Shown here piece after piece: positions 8,720-16,588 of a DNA stretch of 64,000 nt. Under the pieces are notes generated by a model. That model did not search any database, was not told where the DNA came from, and saw only the letters and a list, made by a program, of their open reading frames with translations. Source of the stretch: an uncultured Pelagibacteraceae bacterium (GTDB lineage Bacteria; Pseudomonadota; Alphaproteobacteria; Pelagibacterales; Pelagibacteraceae); assembly GCA_902622805.1 (NCBI GenBank), contig CACNRG010000001.1:89285-153284 (forward strand). The letters run 5' to 3'. Both the position numbers and the translations under genes were made by a program. Position 1 is the stretch's first letter. Each line of letters opens with the position of its first letter.

Positions 8720-9573
8720 TAAATTGCTCCCTTCTTCTCTGTAGGTTCTAAGTTATCATAATTCCAAAGTTTTTTACCCGCTACAATTTTTTTCATTTTA
8801 CTCAAATCAAAATTTGCACCGATTTCTGCAACCTTTAATTTTCTTCTAAGCCAATCTTGATCGCTCGATGTTAATTCTGCGTCTACTGCATCACTACCAT
8901 ATGATCCTATTTCTCCACCTACGAAAATTGTCCCATCATACATTGAGTCACCAAGGTTTATTCCTACGTCGCCGAGTATAATAATTCTTCCTCTCTGCAT
9001 CATAAATCCTGTAAAAGCTCCTGCATCACCACCAATTATGATAGTTCCGCCCTTCATATCAATCCCTGTTCTGGCACCAACACTACCTTTACAAATCAAG
9101 TCTCCACCTCTGATTGCAGCTCCAAAACATGAACCCGCATTTTTTTCAATAACAACTTTACCTGCCATTAAATTTTCAGCACAAGACCATCCAACTCTCC
9201 CATTTATTCTTACTATCGGACCATCACAAGATCCTATTCCAAAGTAACCTAAACTCCCCTCAAAAATTAAATTTAATTTATTTAAAATACCTACACCTAA
9301 ACTATGTTTTCCTTGTGGGTTTTTTATCACTATTGTTCCGTAACCTTCACTCATTAGACCATCTATTTTTTTATTGGCTTCTGCTGCGGTCATATCTTTT
9401 ACATCAAGATCAGTTCTCTTATTAAAATCTACATCATATGTCCCAAAATAATAAAAATTTTCAGCCTCATCAGGATTAAAAAATTTTTGTTGAGTTCTTC
9501 CTGTTAAAACTTCGGTGTGCATACCCATAGCTTGGGATTTGGTTTTTTTCTCAGAAGTTTTTATATTTGCCAT
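8719..9573 (-). CDS. GXGXG/GltB_C domain protein (second MgsB-like paralog)
   Basis: Gly-rich beta-helix repeats (GRVGWSCAENLMAG, GDAGAFTGFMMQRG, LGDSMYDG) with an N-terminal extension. Confidence 0.85.
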   Translation of the reverse strand: MANIKTSEKKTKSQAMGMHTEVLTGRTQQKFFNPDEAENFYYFGTYDVDFNKRTDLDVKDMTAAEANKKIDGLMSEGYGTIVIKNPQGKHSLGVGILNKLNLIFEGSLGYFGIGSCDGPIVRINGRVGWSCAENLMAGKVVIEKNAGSCFGAAIRGGDLICKGSVGARTGIDMKGGTIIIGGDAGAFTGFMMQRGRIIILGDVGINLGDSMYDGTIFVGGEIGSYGSDAVDAELTSSDQDWLRRKLKVAEIGANFDLSKMKKIVAGKKLWNYDNLEPTEKKGAI

Positions 9574-10505
9574 ACTTTTACCTCTCCATCAAATGGATCG
9601 TAGGTGTTAATTTCTTGTGGTAAAACAGATCTAATTGCTATTTCCTCTGACCCCATAGCAACTAATTCATCTGATTCATATAAAACTAGAGGTTTTGCAG
9701 CCATAGTATCTTTTGCCATTCCTAAAGAATTTTTAGTTGCAACAAAATATGTAAAAACTCCATCAAGACCAATTAAAGAGTCTTTCATACCCTCTTCTAA
9801 ACTTGCTCCTTCTCTCATTTTTTGTGCGATATAAACTGCTATTAATTCTGAGTCACACTCAGACATAAACCTCATACCTTTGTTTTCTAAAGCTCTTCTA
9901 TTATTCCAATAATTTGTTAATTGGCCATTATGAACTACAGAAACATCACTAAATGGATAACCCCAAAATGGGTGAGCTGATTTAATATCCACACCTGACT
10001 CAGTTGCCATTCTTGCGTGACCAATTGCATGAGTTCCAATAAGTTTATCTAGCGAATATCTATCGCAAACTGCTTTTGCATTTCCAAGGTCTTTTATCAC
10101 CTCTAAAGATTTACCCATAGATAAGATTTCGACGCCTGGAATACTCTCAATTTTTTGAGAAAATTCTAATAAATCCTTTTTTTCGTAAGCAATTTCATAC
10201 CTTAAAGAATATGGAAGAGTTCTCTCCTCTTTAACTATTTTTGCACCCAGCTCTGATAAAGTTTGATCAACAATTTTTTTTCTTTCATCATAAACAGATA
10301 TATCTTCTACAATTGATGAACTTCCTTCACCAACATTTTCACCAACCTTAAAGCGCATAATGAAATTTTTTCCATCTGTGTCACCGTATAATGCATAACC
10401 AGTCGAATCTTCACCTCTATGTTTTAAGGCTTGGAGCATTCCCTGAAGCTCACTTCCAACATTAGATGATTTACCTCTATGTATTAATCCAGCTATTCCG
10501 CACAT
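9561..10505 (-). CDS. Class II glutamine amidotransferase (second MgsA-like paralog)
   Basis: MCGIAG, HRGEDSTG, GHARMATES, HPF, HNGQL, DSE motifs. Confidence 0.85.
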   Translation of the reverse strand: MCGIAGLIHRGKSSNVGSELQGMLQALKHRGEDSTGYALYGDTDGKNFIMRFKVGENVGEGSSSIVEDISVYDERKKIVDQTLSELGAKIVKEERTLPYSLRYEIAYEKKDLLEFSQKIESIPGVEILSMGKSLEVIKDLGNAKAVCDRYSLDKLIGTHAIGHARMATESGVDIKSAHPFWGYPFSDVSVVHNGQLTNYWNNRRALENKGMRFMSECDSELIAVYIAQKMREGASLEEGMKDSLIGLDGVFTYFVATKNSLGMAKDTMAAKPLVLYESDELVAMGSEEIAIRSVLPQEINTYDPFDGEVKVWQI

Positions 10506-10541
10506 ATATTCCTTTATATATATATCCTAAATTTTTAAAGT

Positions 10542-12011
10542 CTATGGTAAACAATCTAAATAAGTATCCAAATCCCATTGAGTTGTTGCACCTAAAAATT
10601 TCTCCCACTCATCATTTTTGTACCAATGAAAAATTTTATACATTTCATCTGGCATTGCAGATTGAACTATTTTATCTTCTGAAAGTCTTTCAAGTGCTTC
10701 ACCTAAACTTAAAGGTAATTTTTTAACATCTTTTCCAGCTTTTTGAGCTTCATATATATTTCTAGACTCTGGCTTGCCAGGATCAATTTTATTTGTCAGA
10801 CCATCATCCATTGTTTTGAGTAAAGCTGCTCCCATTAAATAAGGATTATGCATAGAATCAACAGATCTATATTCAAATCTACCTGGAGCAGAAACCCTTA
10901 ATCCACATGTTCTATTTTGATATCCCCAATCAGCATAAACGGGCGCCCAAAATCCTTGATCCCAGAGTCTTCTGTAAGAATTAACTGTAGAAGATCCAAT
11001 GGCTGTTAATGCTGGTAAGTGTTTCATGATACCACCGATTGACATTAATCCTACTTTGCCTGGTAGCTGCATATCTTTTGTATCAGGCATAAAAGTATTT
11101 GTTCCACCCTCAACATAAGTGAAGACCTCTTCAACACCGGGCAATGATTTGTGTCCTAATTTATTAACTACATCTTTTCCACCTTTCCAAAGCGAAAGAT
11201 TGGTATGGCAACCACTGGCAGAAACACCCATAAAAGGTTTTGTCATAAAACAAGCTATCAAACCATGTTCTCTAGCTACTTGAGCACAGATTTGTCTATA
11301 TGTGGAGAGTCTATCAGCATTTCTTAGTACATCATCGAACATCCAGTTTAACTCTAGCTGACCTGGTGCATCCTCATGATCACCTTGAATCATATCAAGA
11401 CCCATCGCGTTTGCATATTCAATAACTTTCATAAAAACAGGCCTTAAAGATTCAAATTGATCAATGTGATAACAGAAAGGTTTTGAAAATCCTTTTCCTG
11501 TTGGTGTGCCATCTTCATTTTTTGTTAACCACATCATTTCTGGTTCAGTACCAACTCTCATTTGGTAACCATGCTTCTTTTTAAATTCCTCAGCAATAAT
11601 TCTTAAATTTCCTCTACAATCAGAAGTTAAGTGACCACCTGGATTATCTCTTTCTTCTCTATTTCTAAAACATGTGCAATAAACTCTGCCAACTCTTTTA
11701 TCCCATGGTAATTGAACAAATGTTTCTGGATCTGGTATACCAACTAATTCTTTAGCTTCAGGTCCATAACCAATGTAATTATTGTGACGATCTAGGAATA
11801 AGTTTGCAGTTGCTCCATAAACTAGTTGAAATCCTTTTTCAGCAGTTCTCTCCCAATGATCTGCGGGAATACCCTTACCAACTACTCTTCCAGTAACTGA
11901 GATAAACTGAAAATAAATATAAGTTATTCCTAATTCATTAATTTTATCTCGTACTTTTTTAACTAATTTTGCTCTTCCTGGTTGATTAACGTGTTTTTCT
12001 AGATCTGTCAT
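10542..12011 (-). CDS. Glutamine synthetase-like gamma-glutamyl-amide ligase (second paralog)
   Basis: GTEPEM, DHEDAPGQLE, SASGCHTN, NRTCGLRV, RFEYR motifs. Diverged from the GmaS at 647-1972. Confidence 0.85.
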   Translation of the reverse strand: MTDLEKHVNQPGRAKLVKKVRDKINELGITYIYFQFISVTGRVVGKGIPADHWERTAEKGFQLVYGATANLFLDRHNNYIGYGPEAKELVGIPDPETFVQLPWDKRVGRVYCTCFRNREERDNPGGHLTSDCRGNLRIIAEEFKKKHGYQMRVGTEPEMMWLTKNEDGTPTGKGFSKPFCYHIDQFESLRPVFMKVIEYANAMGLDMIQGDHEDAPGQLELNWMFDDVLRNADRLSTYRQICAQVAREHGLIACFMTKPFMGVSASGCHTNLSLWKGGKDVVNKLGHKSLPGVEEVFTYVEGGTNTFMPDTKDMQLPGKVGLMSIGGIMKHLPALTAIGSSTVNSYRRLWDQGFWAPVYADWGYQNRTCGLRVSAPGRFEYRSVDSMHNPYLMGAALLKTMDDGLTNKIDPGKPESRNIYEAQKAGKDVKKLPLSLGEALERLSEDKIVQSAMPDEMYKIFHWYKNDEWEKFLGATTQWDLDTYLDCLP

Positions 12012-12081
12012 AGTTCCCTCTGTTACGAATTTTTAGTTCAAAAAGGTAACTGAAAATAAAACGTCTGTCTACTTAGATAAG

Positions 12082-13410
12082 TTAACTCCAAGGAAACGGA
12101 CTGTTCGAAGTAGGGTGAAGTTCACCCTTCTCGTATCGGTTGAATCTAAATGGTTTCAACAAGTCACTTTCTTGTCCTAAAATTTCTTTTGCTACTAACT
12201 CACCAACACCTATCATTTTATAACCATGGTTAGCATCAGCAATCATGTATACATTTTCTAAAAATCTATCAAAAATTGGAAATGAGTCTGGTGTCATACA
12301 CCCAAGTCCACCTGAAGGTCCTTTTCTATATAAATCTGATTTACCTTCAAATCTTTTTTGGCAATGAGCTAAAGCAGAACACCACATATCATTGAATGCC
12401 TCAGTTGTTTGATATTCTGGAGACTCAACTCCATATGGATCAACATTCACTTCATCAAAATGTTTTTCTACAATATATGGAGAGGTACCACCTTGAACAC
12501 CTAATCCATCAATGTCTGGTTTATAATAAATACCCCAAATTTTATCAGTTATTAATTTTTTTGTTTTATCAGAATATAATGGCGCTGTTGAATCAACATG
12601 GATTACAGGGGGTGCTTTTCCATTGTTCATTTTTAAAAAATCTGGCTCTACACCAATGACACCTTCTTGTAACATCCAGTATGTCCACATATCAGTTGTA
12701 TGCATTTTACCGTCTTTACCTTTAATGTTTGCAGTTTTTGGAAGCTCAAGCATATTCCAAAAATCTCTAGCCCAAGGACCTGCTCCAATTACCACTTGCT
12801 CACAGTCAATTGTACCTTGATTTGTCTCTACACCTGTAACAGCTTTACTATTACTACCTCTTTTAAATCCATTTACTTTCACACCTTTAATAACTTGAAC
12901 ACCATTGGATGTAGATTTACTCTCTAAAGCTTTAATAGAGTCTTTATTAAAAGCATAACCACCTTTTTTTTCATGAAGAACTGATGTGATACCCTGAGCT
13001 TGCCAATCATCAAACATGCTTCTCATATAATTCATACAATCTTTTTCACCTTCAATAAATTCCGAGTCATATCCAATTGCTTTTTGTTGCTCGTAAATTG
13101 TTGCAACATCATCGTGCATTACTTCAGGAGATATTTGTAGATAGCCAACAGCATTGTATTTAAATGCTTTCGGGTCACTTTCCCAAACTGAAACCGAATG
13201 AGCCATTAGCTCTCTCATTGCTGGCTGAAAATAATTATTTCTAATTACACCACAAGCAATACCACTAGCACCTGCTGCAGTATCTTTTTTTTCTAAAACA
13301 ACAATATCACCTGGATTTTTATAAGTTTCGGATAATTTCCAAGCTGTGCTAAGGCCATGAATACCGCCACCAATTATTACTACTTTTGCTTTAGTTGGCA
13401 ATTTAGTCAT
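12082..13410 (-). CDS. FAD-dependent amine oxidoreductase (DAO / sarcosine oxidase beta family)
   Basis: IIGGGIHG Rossmann motif, ASGIACGVIR, TPDSFPI, HGYKM. First gene of the second GS/Mgs-like cluster. Confidence 0.85.
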   Translation of the reverse strand: MTKLPTKAKVVIIGGGIHGLSTAWKLSETYKNPGDIVVLEKKDTAAGASGIACGVIRNNYFQPAMRELMAHSVSVWESDPKAFKYNAVGYLQISPEVMHDDVATIYEQQKAIGYDSEFIEGEKDCMNYMRSMFDDWQAQGITSVLHEKKGGYAFNKDSIKALESKSTSNGVQVIKGVKVNGFKRGSNSKAVTGVETNQGTIDCEQVVIGAGPWARDFWNMLELPKTANIKGKDGKMHTTDMWTYWMLQEGVIGVEPDFLKMNNGKAPPVIHVDSTAPLYSDKTKKLITDKIWGIYYKPDIDGLGVQGGTSPYIVEKHFDEVNVDPYGVESPEYQTTEAFNDMWCSALAHCQKRFEGKSDLYRKGPSGGLGCMTPDSFPIFDRFLENVYMIADANHGYKMIGVGELVAKEILGQESDLLKPFRFNRYEKGELHPTSNSPFPWS

Positions 13411-13541
13411 AATTAAATAATACGAATCTGTAACAAAACAAAAAAAGTTATTAAAGTTTATTTTTTACTACTATAAACTATATATATAAATAATACGTTA
13501 ATTAATGTATTAAGAAATCTAACAAAAATTATAATAATTAA

Positions 13542-14480
13542 ATGAGTTTTAAATATTACAAGCCCGCTAAGTCAAGATTACAAAGAAGCGAGTTAGCTGT
13601 TCCTGGATCTTCACCTGAAATGTTTGAAAAAGCATTAAACTCGAAAGCTGATTATATTTTTCTAGACCTTGAAGACGCTGTATCCCCAATGGATAAAGTT
13701 ACCGCTCGTCAGAATGTCATTAAAGCATTAAAAGAAATTAATTGGAGAGAAAAAGGAAAAACTATTTCAGTTAGAATTAACAGCCCAGACACTCATTATA
13801 TGTATAGAGATTTAGTTGATATAGTTGAGGAAGTTGGAGAAAAACTTGATACAGTACTTCTGCCAAAAGCTGGTACATCTAGCGATGTTTACATGATTGA
13901 CTGTTTGTTGACACAAATAGAAACCAGTAAAAAACTAAAAAACAAAATTGGAATTGAGTGCCTAATCGAAACAGCTTTAGGTATGTCAAATATTAAAGAG
14001 ATCGCTAAATCAAGTGAAAGATTAGAAGCCTTGCACTTTGGTGTTGCTGATTATGCTGCAAGCTTAAGAGCTAGGACCGTAGTGATAGGTGGACTAAACC
14101 CTGATTACCCTGGGGATCAATGGCATCATGGATTATCTCAACTTGTTATGACTTGTAGGGCGTATGGTTTAAGAGCGATAGACGGTCCTTTTGGAGATTT
14201 TAATGATCCAGATGCTTATATTGAAGCAGCAAAAAGAGGAGCTGCAATTGGTATAGAAGGCAAATGGGCAATTCATCCATCACAAATTGAACTAGCAAAT
14301 AAAGTTTTTTCACCACCTTCATCAGAAGTTACTAAAGCAAAAAGAATTTTGGAGGAGCTTGATAAGGCTGCAAAAGCTGGAAAGGGCGCTGCTCAATTAG
14401 ATGGAAGAATGATAGATGCTGCTTCAGCAAGAATGGCTGAAAATATTGTTAACATAGATAAACAAATAAATGATAAATAA
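13542..14480 (+). CDS. mcl: L-malyl-CoA lyase (CitE/HpcH family)
   Basis: RLQRSELAVPGS, FLDLEDAV, VRIN..DTHYMYRD, HFGVADYAAS, IDGPFGDF.D, EGKWAIHPSQ closely match recalled methylotroph Mcl sequences. Confidence 0.9.
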   Translation: MSFKYYKPAKSRLQRSELAVPGSSPEMFEKALNSKADYIFLDLEDAVSPMDKVTARQNVIKALKEINWREKGKTISVRINSPDTHYMYRDLVDIVEEVGEKLDTVLLPKAGTSSDVYMIDCLLTQIETSKKLKNKIGIECLIETALGMSNIKEIAKSSERLEALHFGVADYAASLRARTVVIGGLNPDYPGDQWHHGLSQLVMTCRAYGLRAIDGPFGDFNDPDAYIEAAKRGAAIGIEGKWAIHPSQIELANKVFSPPSSEVTKAKRILEELDKAAKAGKGAAQLDGRMIDAASARMAENIVNIDKQINDK

Positions 14481-14493
14481 ATAATAAATAATT

Positions 14494-15657
14494 ATGGATA
14501 TACACGAGTATCAAGCAAAAGAAATATTATCAAGCTTTGGTGTTTCAGTTCCTAGAGGAGGAATAGTTTATAGTCCTGAGACAGCAGAAAATAAAGCTAG
14601 AGAAATTGGTGGATCAAAATGGGTAGTTAAAGCTCAAATACATTCAGGAGCAAGGGGTAAAGCAGGTGGAGTAATTGTTTGTAATTCCCCTTTAGAAGTC
14701 GCTCAAGCAACTGATAAACTTTTAGGGAAAAAATTAGTTACAAATCAAACTGGCCCTGAAGGAAAAATAGTTAATAGAATTTATATTGAGGAAGCTACTG
14801 ATATTGATAAAGAATTATATTTAGGATTAGTTTTCGATAGAAGTTCAGAGAGTATAATGGTTGTTGCCTCTACAGAAGGTGGAATGAGTGTTGAGGAAAT
14901 CGCTAAAGAAAAACCAGAGTCTATTATTAGATCCAAAATAGAAGTAGCAGTCGGCATACAAAGTTTTCAAGCAAGAGAATTGGCATTTGGATTAGGTATT
15001 GAGCCAGAATTAATAAGAAGAGTCTCAGAAACTATTGTTGGATGTGCTAAAGCTTTTAGTGAATTAGATGCTACAATGGTTGAAGTGAACCCTTTAGTAA
15101 TTTCAAAACAAAAACAAATTTTGGCACTAGATTGTAAAATGAGCTTCGATAATAACGCGATGTTTAGACGAGATAAAGTTTCTGAGCTAAGAGATAAGAC
15201 TCAGGAAGATGAGAAAGAAGTTTATGCATCTGATAGAGGTTTAAATTATGTTAGCTTAGATGGAAATATTGGAAATATTATTAATGGTGCAGGATTAGCA
15301 ATGGCTTCTATGGATATGATCAAATTGGCAGGCGGAGAACCCGCTAACTTTCTTGACGTAGGTGGAGGAGCAACACCTGAAAAAATAGTTAAAGCCTTTA
15401 AGCTAATCACTATGGATAAAAAAGTAAAAGTAATTTTAGTTAATATATTTGCTGGAATAAATAGATGTGACTGGGTAGCAGAGGGAATAGTTCAAGCTTT
15501 AGAAAAAATAGAAATTAAGGTTCCATTAGTAATTAGATTAGCTGGAACAAATGTTGAAAAAGGAAATAAAATTCTTCGGGATAGTAAATTAAATTATATT
15601 GAGGCAAACACTTTAGAGGATGCCGCTAATAAAGCAGTAGCAGCATTAAAAAGATAA
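14494..15657 (+). CDS. mtkA: Malate--CoA ligase (malate thiokinase) beta subunit
   Basis: SucC fold (MDIHEYQAKE, KAQIHSGARGKAGG) with the MtkA-type NIFAGINRCDWVAEG segment rather than SucC FGGIMRCD. Flanked by mcl and ppc. Confidence 0.88.
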   Translation: MDIHEYQAKEILSSFGVSVPRGGIVYSPETAENKAREIGGSKWVVKAQIHSGARGKAGGVIVCNSPLEVAQATDKLLGKKLVTNQTGPEGKIVNRIYIEEATDIDKELYLGLVFDRSSESIMVVASTEGGMSVEEIAKEKPESIIRSKIEVAVGIQSFQARELAFGLGIEPELIRRVSETIVGCAKAFSELDATMVEVNPLVISKQKQILALDCKMSFDNNAMFRRDKVSELRDKTQEDEKEVYASDRGLNYVSLDGNIGNIINGAGLAMASMDMIKLAGGEPANFLDVGGGATPEKIVKAFKLITMDKKVKVILVNIFAGINRCDWVAEGIVQALEKIEIKVPLVIRLAGTNVEKGNKILRDSKLNYIEANTLEDAANKAVAALKR

Positions 15658-15658
15658 A

Positions 15659-16552
15659 ATGGCAGTAATAATTGATAAAAATACAAAAATTTTAATTCAG
15701 GGATTCACTGGAAAAATGGGAACTTTTCATGCAGAGGAAATGATAAAATATGGATCAAATGTTGTAGGTGGTGTTACACCTGGAAAGGGGGGTCAAAAAC
15801 ATTTAGATAGACCCGTTTTTAACACTGTCAAAGATGCTGTAAAACATACCGGAGCTACAGCATCAATATTATTTGTACCACCAGCCTTTGCAGCTGACTC
15901 AGCAATGGAAGCAGCAGACGCAGGTATAAAAACTTGCGTTGCAATAGTTGACGGTATTCCATCTCATGACATGATTAGAATTAAAAGATATATGAGAAGG
16001 TATTCTAAAAATGAAAAAATGACATTAGTCGGACCAAATTGTGCTGGAATTATTAGTCCAGGAAAATCAATGCTTGGAATTATGCCAGGCCATATTTATA
16101 AAGAGGGAAAAGTTGGAATAATAAGTAGATCAGGAACTTTGGGTTACGAGGCTGCCGAACAAATGAAAAATTTAGGAATCGGTATATCGACAAGTGTTGG
16201 AATTGGAGGTGATCCAATTAATGGAAGTTCGTTTAGAGATATTATTGAAAAATTTGAAACTGATGATGAAACCGATGCAATCTTAATGATAGGTGAAATT
16301 GGTGGACCACAAGAAGTTGCGGCAGGGGAATTCGCAAAAGAAAATATGAAAAAACCAGTTATAGGGTACATTGCTGGGCTAACAGCCCCAAAAGGAAGAG
16401 TGATGGGTCACGCAGGTGCAATTGTATCTGCATATGGAGAAAGTGCTGTAGAAAAAGTTGAACTTTTAAAAGAATGTGGAGTAACAATATCCAAAAATCC
16501 ATCAGTGATGGGGGAAACTGTTAAATCAGTTTTAAATGGTAAAAGAATTTAA
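15659..16552 (+). CDS. mtkB: Malate--CoA ligase alpha subunit
   Basis: SucD fold with MtkB-type DGIP..DM.RIKRYMRRY, GPNCAGIISPGKSMLGIMPGHIY, SRSGTLGYEAA and the MGHAGA phospho-His motif. Confidence 0.88.
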   Translation: MAVIIDKNTKILIQGFTGKMGTFHAEEMIKYGSNVVGGVTPGKGGQKHLDRPVFNTVKDAVKHTGATASILFVPPAFAADSAMEAADAGIKTCVAIVDGIPSHDMIRIKRYMRRYSKNEKMTLVGPNCAGIISPGKSMLGIMPGHIYKEGKVGIISRSGTLGYEAAEQMKNLGIGISTSVGIGGDPINGSSFRDIIEKFETDDETDAILMIGEIGGPQEVAAGEFAKENMKKPVIGYIAGLTAPKGRVMGHAGAIVSAYGESAVEKVELLKECGVTISKNPSVMGETVKSVLNGKRI

Positions 16553-16588
16553 TAAAATAAATATCCTTAGATCCAAAGGAAAATATGA

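Noticed and set aside
647-12011. Reading the GS-like and glutamate-synthase-like genes as the housekeeping GS/GOGAT ammonium assimilation system
   Set aside because: The synthase is split into three small stand-alone domains with no GltD, and the GS-like proteins resemble GmaS/GlnT types within a methylamine region.
647-12011. Recent tandem duplication or assembly artefact explaining the two mgs/GS sets
   Set aside because: The paralogs are strongly diverged, differ in length and gene order, and share no long nucleotide identity that I could see.
14494-16552. Calling this pair succinyl-CoA synthetase (sucCD)
   Set aside because: Mtk-type segments (FAGINRCDW; DGIP..DM.RIKRYMRRY; GPNCAG) and the mcl/ppc context, with no mdh or sucAB neighbours, favour malate thiokinase.
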